DNA of 64,000 nucleotides from Ignavibacteriales bacterium (GTDB lineage: Bacteria > Bacteroidota > Ignavibacteria > UBA10030 > UBA6906). Under the pieces are notes generated by a model, which was given only the letters and a program-made list of their open reading frames with translations, ran no database searches and was not told the origin of the DNA. Shown piece by piece: positions 50,838 through 59,224 of this stretch. The position numbers were made by a program, and so were the translations under genes. How positions within the stretch are numbered: position 1 is the first letter of the stretch; every line of letters starts with the position of its first letter. The DNA is taken from NCBI GenBank assembly GCA_037441705.1, contig JBBIRR010000004.1:39241-103240 (forward strand). The letters are read 5' to 3'.

Positions 50838-53254
50838 CGTGACGAACGGGAATGTCCTTGATCGCGATAGTTCGGGTAGGAGAGCATATTCACAAAACAT
50901 CGGTACGCCCCCGGGTGACATTCCTTTAATTGTCGGTACCAGACATAGGAGGTGTAGATGTACGATCCCTTGCCGTCGTGGGCGAGCAGATAGCCCGTCG
51001 TGAGGGGAGGTTCGTCGGGATCGCCGGACGCAAGAAGGTGAATGTATTCCGCCGAAACCTTCTCGGGGAAGTACAGACCGCGCTCCTGCATCCATCCTTC
51101 CCAATCGTCGTCGGTGATTTTGTTGGGGGATGTGAAAAGAGGATGATCGGGCAGCAGCATCGTCACGAGGGCCTCTTCGAGCGTGATGCGTTTGCGTCCG
51201 ACGTCGAACGGAAACGGCGCGTACTCCGGCTTCCAGTCTTGATCCTTTTGATACATCACCACAAGATGCCCGCCGTTGCGGACGTACTCGAGGAGACGCT
51301 TGCTGTTTTTCCGTAAGTCTTCCCGCACCATGTAGGCACGGATATCAACCAGAATGGTGTTGAACGACGAGAGATTGCTTTCAAGATCACGCGCAGACAG
51401 CAGCCTGTAGTTCACCCCCAAATCTCGCGCTGCTTCCTCCAACGTGTTGTCGTAGCTCTTGATGATGCCGAGCGTGATGTTCCGATCAACGGCAACATCA
51501 AAGACTCTGACGGTGACGTCCCGCCACGCGTACTCGGACTTGAATCGCAGCGTGTAGTCACCCGGCGTGACGTCTTTTGGCGGTCGGACGAGTAGCGAGT
51601 TGGTGCTGACGCCGTTTTCCTCCGGGATAACAAACGTCGCAGTTTCGGCGATCCAACCCCTGGGCACCTGTACGACGATGCGGCCTGCGGTCTTGCGCGG
51701 CGCGAAGTTCTTTACTTCCACAAAAAACTTCTTTCCCTGCTCAGCATTGGCAGGGGCTATGCGTGCGATCGTGGGCGTTACGCTGATGATTTGATAGGGG
51801 GCGACGTCGAAGGTCGGGCGAACGGTCAGCTGCACATGCCTGCCGCGTACGGCGAATCGCGCCACAAGGGCGACATCGTGCTCGGATTCCAACGGCCTAT
51901 ATTGCGCCACCGCCTTCGGATAGGTAAACGGCGCGTCATCACCGATGATCAGCTCATAGGAACGGCTGAGCTTCTTGCTTCCCGGTTTGAACGGTGAATG
52001 CTCAAGCTCATTCACGGCCCAGCCCTGCGGCGCGACGAACGAAGCTTTGAATGCGGTGATCGGGTAGTCCGGTATATGCAGCGTGAACGTACCTGCCACG
52101 CGCTGGCGCGGGACGACAAGCGTATCGGCCAGTTTCCAGGATGCACTGGCGCGCAGTGAGAGCCGCAGCAGTTCCTCCATCTCGTCACGCCAGTGGTGCG
52201 TGATTCGTTCTGCGAGCGGCGACAACGAAAGCGTGGAGAGGCGATCAAGTTCTTCAAAAACAAACGACGCGATGTCCAGCAGGGAATCGGGAAGAATTCC
52301 CTCGTGGAGTGCTGCAAGTCGCGCGCGCAGCGGCCGCAGCGGGGCGAGCGCAGGATCGTTCCAGAGGTGGATGCCTCCGAAGAAGGTCGTTGTATCGCGT
52401 TCGTAGATGCTGCTGGAACGCACGAGACGGTACAGGCTTTTTCCTTGCGTGAAGGCGCGCAGGCGAGAGCCGTCAAGTCCCTGCGACCGATGCATTGCGA
52501 TTGCCTCCGCTCCCACATCGAGATACGAACGCTTCAGCACCGCATTCGTATCGCCGATGCCGTGGACAACGTCCGGCTGCTGCGTCTCGCGCCGGAAAAT
52601 CCTGAAATAGAGTTTGCGTGGTTGCCACAGCGTGATGCCGGGAAGGCGAAGCTGTTCCGGAAAGATGGAGGAATCCGCTGCCGCATCGAATGCGGCAATC
52701 GCGGTGATCGCCACGGCTTGATGATGCCCGTGACCATCCACCGTGTTATGGTTGGTGAAGAGAATGTCAGGTTTGTATTTGCGGATGACGAACACGAGAC
52801 GGCGCAGCACCTCTGGCGTGCCGCCCCACTTCTTGAACGTTTCCGTAGCCGTCTTGGAGTAGCCGAAGTCATAGAGGTTCAGGAACCGAACGCGCGTGCC
52901 GAGAATTTTCCCGGCAGCTTCGGTCTCGGCGCTTCGCAATGCGCCAAGCTCCTCGTACAGTTCCGTTCCGATCTCGTTCTGGCCTCCTTCGCCGCGGGTA
53001 AAGAGAACCGAGTAGGTGCGCACGCCGTATTTCATGCGGTAGTACGCCAGCGTCGAGCCGTCCTCGTCATCGGGATGCCCCGACAGGTTCATCACCACCC
53101 CATCATTGGTGAGGTCGAGGAATGCCTGATGCAGCGCGACAGCGTCCTGCCCATGCAGCGAACGCGGCGAGACGAGAACGCCTGCCGCAAGCACAACCCG
53201 GCACAGCCTACCGCTGAATGTTCGGAAGAATTTCTTGCAGCCTGACAACATCAA
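50834..53254 (-). CDS. Large exported PIG-L/LmbE family deacetylase with NEW3-like and GATase-like C-terminal domains
   Basis: GHPDDE, TRGEGGQN, DFGYSK, HGHH; exact start uncertain. Confidence 0.85.
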   Translation of the reverse strand: MMLSGCKKFFRTFSGRLCRVVLAAGVLVSPRSLHGQDAVALHQAFLDLTNDGVVMNLSGHPDDEDGSTLAYYRMKYGVRTYSVLFTRGEGGQNEIGTELYEELGALRSAETEAAGKILGTRVRFLNLYDFGYSKTATETFKKWGGTPEVLRRLVFVIRKYKPDILFTNHNTVDGHGHHQAVAITAIAAFDAAADSSIFPEQLRLPGITLWQPRKLYFRIFRRETQQPDVVHGIGDTNAVLKRSYLDVGAEAIAMHRSQGLDGSRLRAFTQGKSLYRLVRSSSIYERDTTTFFGGIHLWNDPALAPLRPLRARLAALHEGILPDSLLDIASFVFEELDRLSTLSLSPLAERITHHWRDEMEELLRLSLRASASWKLADTLVVPRQRVAGTFTLHIPDYPITAFKASFVAPQGWAVNELEHSPFKPGSKKLSRSYELIIGDDAPFTYPKAVAQYRPLESEHDVALVARFAVRGRHVQLTVRPTFDVAPYQIISVTPTIARIAPANAEQGKKFFVEVKNFAPRKTAGRIVVQVPRGWIAETATFVIPEENGVSTNSLLVRPPKDVTPGDYTLRFKSEYAWRDVTVRVFDVAVDRNITLGIIKSYDNTLEEAARDLGVNYRLLSARDLESNLSSFNTILVDIRAYMVREDLRKNSKRLLEYVRNGGHLVVMYQKDQDWKPEYAPFPFDVGRKRITLEEALVTMLLPDHPLFTSPNKITDDDWEGWMQERGLYFPEKVSAEYIHLLASGDPDEPPLTTGYLLAHDGKGSYIYTSYVWYRQLKECHPGAYRCFVNMLSYPNYRDQGHSRSSR

Positions 53255-53855
53255 TCACTCCTTCACGTATAAGTTTTGGTGGATCATGAACAACAGACAC
53301 GACCGTCGAAGGTTTGCTTTCGGGGAGAGTGCCTGCGTCAATATACAGGTCAATCCCTTCGTGCAGCGCGGCCTGTATCTGTTCAACGGTGCGGTGGACC
53401 GGCTCGCCCGAAACGTTGGCGCTTGTTGACGTCAGCGGGCGTGCACAGCGTTCCGCCAGCTTCAGGCAAAATGTGTTGGACGGAATGCGAACACCGACCG
53501 TGCCGCTGGACTGCGTGACTTCGGCCGGGATAATCTCTGAAGAGCGGAACACAATCGTCAACGGACCCGGCCAGAAGGCTCGCATCAAACGCTCCGCCGG
53601 TTCGGGCACGGTCTGCACAATGCGCCGCAGCATCTCCTCCGAATGCACAATCACCAGAACGGGCTTCTCGTCCTTTCGCTTCTTCACGGTGTATACCTTC
53701 CGCACGGCTGCGGCGTTGATGGCATCGGCGCCGATGCCGTAGAGCGTTTCCGTCGGGTACACGATCACGCCCCCACGCGCGATCACCTCGCTTGCCGCGG
53801 CAAGCAGGCTTTCATCGGGATGGTTCTGATCGAGAAGTCTGATGGTTCGACTCAT
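53208..53855 (-). CDS. tsaC: L-threonylcarbamoyladenylate synthase
   Basis: YPTETLYGIG, KKR, FWPGPLT, TSTSANVSG. Confidence 0.93.
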   Translation of the reverse strand: MSRTIRLLDQNHPDESLLAAASEVIARGGVIVYPTETLYGIGADAINAAAVRKVYTVKKRKDEKPVLVIVHSEEMLRRIVQTVPEPAERLMRAFWPGPLTIVFRSSEIIPAEVTQSSGTVGVRIPSNTFCLKLAERCARPLTSTSANVSGEPVHRTVEQIQAALHEGIDLYIDAGTLPESKPSTVVSVVHDPPKLIREGVIDVVRLQEILPNIQR

Positions 53856-54907
53856 TCCACTCCGGCACGTTGAGCCGCAAGAACGTGATGAATGCGCGCG
53901 AGAACCTGCTCAACGGTGATGTTCTTCATGCAATCGAATGTTGTAATGGGACAGCGGTGGCCTCCATGAATGGAACATGGTCTGCACGGCAGTCCGTTGG
54001 TTTGCACCACCTGATCGTGTTCACCCGCGGGAGCGAAGCCGAACTCCGGCACCGTTGCCCCGAAGATTGCCACCACCGGCGTCCGCATTGCAACGGCAAT
54101 GTGCATCGGCGAGCTATCGTTGGTGACGGCAACACGGCAGCGACGGATCAGCTCGGCAGACTGCAGCACCGTCAGCCTGCCCACAGCGTTGAGCACACTC
54201 GTCGGCGCAAGTCCTGCTGCAATCTGCTCGCCCAGCGCTGCGTCGTCTTTCCCTCCAATTAAAACAACAACGAAATCTTCCTCGCTCAATCGTCGCGCAA
54301 GGTCATGATAACGCTCGGGTAGCCACCGCTTTGTCGCCCAGACGGAGCCGGGGGCAAGGGCGATCATGTGTGCGTCGCTCCGAACATTGCTTTCCGCAAG
54401 GAATCTCTCCACGCTCTGCACGTCTTCGCTCGACGGATACAGCGTCGGAAGTTCTTCGGCGGCAGCGGGGATGCCGAGCGGTTCAAGCAAAGAGAGATTG
54501 CGGAGGATTTCGTGTTTCGTCGCGTCGTACCGAACGACATCGGTCAGGAGCAGGCGTCCGGCACTGGTGGAGAACCCGATGCGGCGCGGAATGCCTGCGG
54601 CGTAGCAGAGACTCGCGCTGCGAAGCGAGCGATGGGGGATGAGGGCAACGTCGTACGCGGCGCTGCGCAGTCGACGCGCCAGACGGATTGCCGCGCCGAA
54701 CCCACGCTCCGTGTTCTTCTTGTCGTAGGAGATAACCTCGTGGAGCGATGGATGCTGAGCAAGCACGGCCGCTGCGGAAGGAACTGCAACAATGTCAATC
54801 AAGGCATCTGTCCAGATGCGCTTCAGCCGCTGAACCATCGGCAGCGTCAGGATGACGTCGCCCGTGAAGGCGGTCTGGAACACCAGAATGCGTGAAGGGG
54901 AGGTCAC
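53852..54907 (-). CDS. waaF: LPS heptosyltransferase II (GT9)
   Basis: GDVILTLP, APGSVWATKRW, TNDSSPMHIA, IFGAT; GTG overlapping the upstream stop. Confidence 0.82.
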   Translation of the reverse strand: MTSPSRILVFQTAFTGDVILTLPMVQRLKRIWTDALIDIVAVPSAAAVLAQHPSLHEVISYDKKNTERGFGAAIRLARRLRSAAYDVALIPHRSLRSASLCYAAGIPRRIGFSTSAGRLLLTDVVRYDATKHEILRNLSLLEPLGIPAAAEELPTLYPSSEDVQSVERFLAESNVRSDAHMIALAPGSVWATKRWLPERYHDLARRLSEEDFVVVLIGGKDDAALGEQIAAGLAPTSVLNAVGRLTVLQSAELIRRCRVAVTNDSSPMHIAVAMRTPVVAIFGATVPEFGFAPAGEHDQVVQTNGLPCRPCSIHGGHRCPITTFDCMKNITVEQVLARIHHVLAAQRAGVE

Positions 54908-55818
54908 GACGCCTGCTCCTCCACAGCATGCTGTTGTTCGTAGTACGCCGTATGCTTCCAACGTTTGTGCATCCACAACCAGTGGTCGGGATGCCGGCGA
55001 ATCCATCGTTCAAGGACGGCAACATGCCGGCGCGTCAGCTCGATGATGTTCTCCTCGTTGTACCCGCCGAGGTCGTGCTGAGCGACTTCCTCCAGCGTCA
55101 GCGTGTATGTTCCATCATGCTGGCGGACAAGAAAGCCCATCACGATCGGGGCGCCGGATTTCAGGCTGAACGCAGCGACCCCTCGATGCGTGGCCGCAGG
55201 GCGCCCGAAGAATTCGACGAACACTGCCTCTTTGGGTCCGCTCTGATCCGCGAGCAGGGGGACGATGCGATTCTCGGCGAGGGCTGTCAGCACTCTTCTC
55301 GAGGCGACGCCCATCGGAATCGTGTCGTTCCCGAAGCGCCTGCGGATAGCGTCAATGCGGGCGTCGATTCTTGCATTGCGTTGATGCTGTACCAGCGTCG
55401 CGGCCGGAACGCCGAACTGCAAACTCGAAGCCGTCACGAGAAACTCCCACGCGCCGAAATGTCCTGAAAGAAACAACACGCCCTTCCGGCGCTCGAGCGC
55501 ACTGCGCATCACCTCGGGATTCTGAATGCGGACAAGAGGAATCAACGTCACGGCCGGTTTGTCGCTTGCCCAGAGGAATTCGAGGAGGGCAATGCCGTAG
55601 TTGCGGTAGGCGCCCCGGGCGATGGCACGACGCTCCGCTTCGCTTTTTTCGGGGAACGCATGCCGTAGATTCTCCAGCGTAACCTTCTTGCGGAAGCTGG
55701 TGAAAGAAAAAACGGCATCGCCCAGAAGCGCACCAAGCCGCTCCGCTGTTCGGAACGACAGCAGCCGGGCAATCCGGTGAACAACAGCAAAGAGGAAGTA
55801 TTCGATCGAATCGCGCAT
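54904..55818 (-). CDS. Lipid A late acyltransferase (LpxL/HtrB family)
   Basis: NLRHAFP, GHFGAWE, LLADQ, FFGRPA, WLWMHKRWK. Confidence 0.9.
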   Translation of the reverse strand: MRDSIEYFLFAVVHRIARLLSFRTAERLGALLGDAVFSFTSFRKKVTLENLRHAFPEKSEAERRAIARGAYRNYGIALLEFLWASDKPAVTLIPLVRIQNPEVMRSALERRKGVLFLSGHFGAWEFLVTASSLQFGVPAATLVQHQRNARIDARIDAIRRRFGNDTIPMGVASRRVLTALAENRIVPLLADQSGPKEAVFVEFFGRPAATHRGVAAFSLKSGAPIVMGFLVRQHDGTYTLTLEEVAQHDLGGYNEENIIELTRRHVAVLERWIRRHPDHWLWMHKRWKHTAYYEQQHAVEEQAS

Positions 55819-55961
55819 GGGAAGAAACATCTGACCTAACTTAACCAAATCAACAGGAACAAACAAGAAAGCCCACTTGCGTGATGGTGGTGAGGATGAT
55901 TGAACTTGAACGCAGGAAGAGGATTGTTTACATTGTCCACAGTTCTCACCACGAGGTGCCC

Positions 55962-56222
55962 ATGAGACCCATCGTCGTGTTCGCGCTTGTCGCGTCGTGG
56001 CATTTTCACCAGGGTGCATCCGCACAACCTCAGCTCTGGGACGTCTATTCAGTATCCAAACGGCCCTTCGTGAACGTCACCATCGACCGATTTGAATCGG
56101 ACTCACTTTTCATGAAGGCGATGAACCAGGTGTTTGTGCTTCATCAGGACTCCGTCGAGTACGTGTTGCGAAAGAACAAATCCCAGTTTGCACTCGGCTT
56201 TCTGATCGGGGCGGTTGTTTGA
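55962..56222 (+). pseudogene. Probably truncated exported protein
   Basis: RBS GAGGTG; signal peptide; stops abruptly in hydrophobic FALGFLIGAVV just before a palindrome cluster. Confidence 0.45.
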
Positions 56223-56262
56223 GGGAAGGGTGGGCCACGTGTGCCGCGGCGCCCGGATCAGT

Positions 56263-56350
56263 CCGTCTCTACGCGACGGCCGTTCTGATGCGAATGCCGT
56301 TATCCCGACCTTGAAAGGTCGGGCTATCGTCATGAGGTCACTCCGTGACC
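56263..56350. repeat. REP-like three-hairpin element
   Basis: CCGTC-tctacgc-GACGG (56263-79); CCCGACCT-tgaa-AGGTCGGG (56304-23); GGTCAC-tcc-GTGACC (56336-50). Confidence 0.6.
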
Positions 56351-56422
56351 ACACGATTGCCGAGCGCACAGCATGCAGAAACCGCGTATCGTCAACGGAA
56401 GCATACAGCATTCTTCACATCA

Positions 56423-56505
56423 GGACACGGCGGAGCCGCGGCCCTACACAACACCCTTCGACTCCGTCCTGCCTGAGAAGCGGCGGGACTGCGCTCAGGG
56501 TGACA
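56423..56505. repeat. REP-like palindromes
   Basis: Minus-strand GTAG-foot palindrome GTAGGGCCGCGGCTCCGCCGTGTCC; CCCTTCGACTCC...GCGCTCAGGGTGACA with an internal GTCCTGCC/GGCGGGAC hairpin. Confidence 0.5.
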
Positions 56506-56755
56506 CGAGCGTCCGGAGGTCACGGCTTATGAGCCGCACAACCTGCGCCGTGATGGAAGGGCGGGAATGTGAGCTTGCCGCGGTGCGCCTGACCATGTTG
56601 AATTGATGTAAAGACAAAAAACAGCCGAGGCTTAGCCCAGCACGAAGAACGCACTGAAGTCCGCGACATTCTCGCTGCGAGGTCGCTGCTTTCCAAACTC
56701 TAAGAATCCTTGCACCGTCATTCCTCATTTTCTTGCAATTTACGCTATTTTGGGT

Positions 56756-56771
56756 TGGCATAGGCCTTGAT
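56756..56771 (+). promoter_or_regulatory. Candidate sigma54 (-24/-12) promoter
   Basis: TGGCAT-AGGCC-TTGAT: exact TGGCAC-N5-TTGC spacing with a GA variant at -12; about 45 nt upstream of the porin start. Confidence 0.5.
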
Positions 56772-56817
56772 GCCCTGCTGTTGCATCATTCAACACCCAC
56801 CAAGCAAAGGAGTAACT

Positions 56818-57882
56818 ATGAGGCTTTCTTCACATTTCATCATCGCAGTACTTGTTGCCGTGCTTGGTGTTCAGAGAGCAACCGCCCAGGAAAAGTCCGG
56901 CGGCAAAGTCCACGGCTGCCTGTTCGGCGACTACTTCTACAAGATTGCCGGAGACTCCACCGGCAACGGCTCGCAGTATTCGTCCCTGAAGAAGGATGAG
57001 CAAGCATTTCAGTTCCGCCGATTCTATCTCTACTACGATCATATCTTCAACGAGACGTTCAGCGCACAGTTCTTGTTGGAAGGGAACGACAAGGCTCTCG
57101 AACCGGGTGGAAGGCACGGCGTGTTTGTGAAGACCGCCTATCTCGAATGGAAGGACATCATCCCGATGGGGAATCTCATGATCGGATTGGTCCCGACGCC
57201 GACGTGGAGCTCGCCGGGAAGTGTCGCCGAGAAAATCTGGAACTATCGCTCGATTGAAAAAACGATCGCCGACTTCCGTTGTCTCGGAAGCGCGTCGGAT
57301 ATCGGTGTATCGCTGCGCGGCAATTTCGACGGCGAAGGAAAATTCAACTACGTCGCAATGATCGGCAACGGAACCGGGCAGAAGCCGGAGAACAACAAGT
57401 ACAAGAAGTACTACGCAGGACTCCGAGCCAAACCTGTGAATGAGTTTGTCATCGAAGGATATGTTGACTTCGAACCGGCCGCCGGGGATAAAGACAAAAC
57501 CACGCTGAAAGGCTTCGCCGCCTACCAAACCGAAACATTCACCGCCGGCGTTGAGGTCGTGACGCAGACGCAGAAGAAAGCCGGCGCCGCTGGAGCCGAC
57601 CGCTCGCCGTTCGGCGTCTCGTTCTTCGCGTGGGCGCCGATACCCGGCGTGGACAACCTGAATGCCTTTGCTCGCTATGACTTCTTCAATCCCGATACCA
57701 AAGTCCCGAAAGCCGGCTTCAACGAAAGCTTCATCACCGCCGGTCTCGACTACATGCCCATCAAGAATGTTCACTTCATGCCGAACGTTTGGGTCAACAC
57801 GTTTTCGGATAAGAGTCCGGCAGGTGTGAGTCGCGATGCAGATGTCGTTGCACGACTCACATTCTTCTTTGTCTACAAATAG
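56818..57882 (+). CDS. Outer-membrane porin-like beta-barrel
   Basis: RBS AAAGGAG; signal peptide; FQFRRFYL, FVKTAYLEW, DIGV, amphipathic strands, terminal aromatic strand. Confidence 0.75.
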   Translation: MRLSSHFIIAVLVAVLGVQRATAQEKSGGKVHGCLFGDYFYKIAGDSTGNGSQYSSLKKDEQAFQFRRFYLYYDHIFNETFSAQFLLEGNDKALEPGGRHGVFVKTAYLEWKDIIPMGNLMIGLVPTPTWSSPGSVAEKIWNYRSIEKTIADFRCLGSASDIGVSLRGNFDGEGKFNYVAMIGNGTGQKPENNKYKKYYAGLRAKPVNEFVIEGYVDFEPAAGDKDKTTLKGFAAYQTETFTAGVEVVTQTQKKAGAAGADRSPFGVSFFAWAPIPGVDNLNAFARYDFFNPDTKVPKAGFNESFITAGLDYMPIKNVHFMPNVWVNTFSDKSPAGVSRDADVVARLTFFFVYK

Positions 57883-57896
57883 AAAGGACGAACGCC

Positions 57897-58796
57897 ATGC
57901 AGGATACGGCTGAAAAGAAAAAGTTTTCGCGTCGCGCCTTCTTCAAACACACGACAGGTGTTGCGGCCGGAGCGGTTGCTGCAACAGCGCTGCTGCCTAC
58001 AATCAAGGAAGTGGGAACGCTCGTTGCCGATACGGTCGGCGGCCCTTCGAACAACGACGTGCTCACCATGCACAACGATCTCCAGCGGGCGTTACAGAAA
58101 CCAATGGAGCAGAGAAAGTGGGCGATGGTGATTGACGTCCGCAAGTGTATCGGGTGCAACGCGTGCACCGCCGCGTGTATCGCTGAGAACAATCTGCCCG
58201 TCGGCGTGACGTATCGGACGGTTGCGGAAGTGGAAGACGGCGAGTTCCCAAATGTCCGTCGCTTCTTCATGCCAACCAACTGCATGCAGTGCGAGAACGC
58301 TCCCTGCATCGAAGCAGCGAACAGTGTCATCCCCGGTTCGATGTCACGACGCCCGGACGGCATCGTCGTGATTGACTACAAGAAGATGAAGGGGAAGAAA
58401 GTTTTCGACGCAGCCAGCGCAGCATGTCCGTATCCGAACTCGCTCTGGTATGATGAAGGGAAGAATTACACCGACGGGACGCCTGCTTTGCAGCCGTATG
58501 AAAAGCGGACGTTCAAGGAGTACGGCACGCAATGGACTCGCAAGGACACCAAAGGCGCTACGCGCAAGTGTCACTTCTGCACGCAGCGCATTGATGCCGG
58601 CGAGCTTCCCGCCTGCGTGACAACATGTACGGGTCAGGCGATGCACTTTGGCGACGTGAACGACGACGAGAGTCTCGTCTCCAAATTGCTCAAGCGCAAC
58701 AAGGCGGCACGCCTGAATCTCGCCAGCGGCGCCGAACCGATGATCTACTATCTGGATGACGATCCAGAACAGACATGTATGGTTTGTCATTCATAG
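57897..58796 (+). CDS. Tat-exported DmsB/TtrB-like Fe-S subunit with three clusters and a C-terminal CxxCH
   Basis: SRRAFFK; WAMVIDVRKCIGCNACTAAC; CMQCENAPC; ACPY; KCHFC...PACVTTC; CMVCHS-stop. Confidence 0.85.
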   Translation: MQDTAEKKKFSRRAFFKHTTGVAAGAVAATALLPTIKEVGTLVADTVGGPSNNDVLTMHNDLQRALQKPMEQRKWAMVIDVRKCIGCNACTAACIAENNLPVGVTYRTVAEVEDGEFPNVRRFFMPTNCMQCENAPCIEAANSVIPGSMSRRPDGIVVIDYKKMKGKKVFDAASAACPYPNSLWYDEGKNYTDGTPALQPYEKRTFKEYGTQWTRKDTKGATRKCHFCTQRIDAGELPACVTTCTGQAMHFGDVNDDESLVSKLLKRNKAARLNLASGAEPMIYYLDDDPEQTCMVCHS

Positions 58797-58803
58797 TGGA
58801 GTT

Positions 58804-58859
58804 TGGGCTAAAGCCCATGGATGGTAAAGTTCTTCGTGTCCCCGACCTGAAGGTTGGGG
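58804..58859. repeat. REP-like element
   Basis: TGGGCT-aa-AGCCCA and CCCCGACC-tgaa-GGTTGGGG, related to the 56304 palindrome. Confidence 0.55.
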
Positions 58860-58912
58860 GGAAGAGCCGCAGCTTCAGAGATCAGACGGCTGTTCGCATT
58901 GTGCGGGGGAGT

Positions 58913-59118
58913 CCGAAATCGCTGGCGGTGTGCGGAGGGAAGAATCAATCGAAGCGTTTAAGTTTCGGTGCGATTGCAAGATCGATTCGGATACGGTGTC
59001 CGCGCGGTGCACCGAAACTTTCGGGCAAGTGCGGGGGAGATTGATTCGTGCGTTGCGATTTCGGCGTCCTTTTTCTTTTCGCCCATTTTCTTTTTGGACG
59101 AGCAAAAAGAAAATGGGC
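58913..59118. other. Structured non-coding element (nested long stems plus a terminal 16-bp hairpin)
   Basis: Perfect pairings 58913-22/59055-64, 58942-50/59039-47, 58960-71/59009-20 and 59081-96/59103-18. Confidence 0.65.
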
Positions 59119-59224
59119 ACAGGCAAGAGTGAACTTCCGGTAATCGAGCGGAGTATATCAACGACAGATGTTTTTGTTCCTGTTCAGTCACTATGAGTTT
59201 CCATTACGATAGGAGAACCTGACG

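Noticed and set aside
56263-56505. CRISPR array
   Set aside because: The palindromes differ from each other, are not regularly spaced, and there are no cas genes
56215-56761. Short ORFs in the palindrome-rich spacer
   Set aside because: They run through REP-like hairpins, with no RBS or recognisable motifs
58880-59118. Moco/Tuco riboswitch upstream of the molybdoenzyme
   Set aside because: The position is suggestive, but I cannot match the known motif by eye; left unassigned pending an Rfam scan
58775-59196. Remnant ttrC/nrfD coding sequence or small ORFs in the B-A spacer
   Set aside because: No hydrophobic multi-TM reading frame; the sequence is explained by inverted repeats
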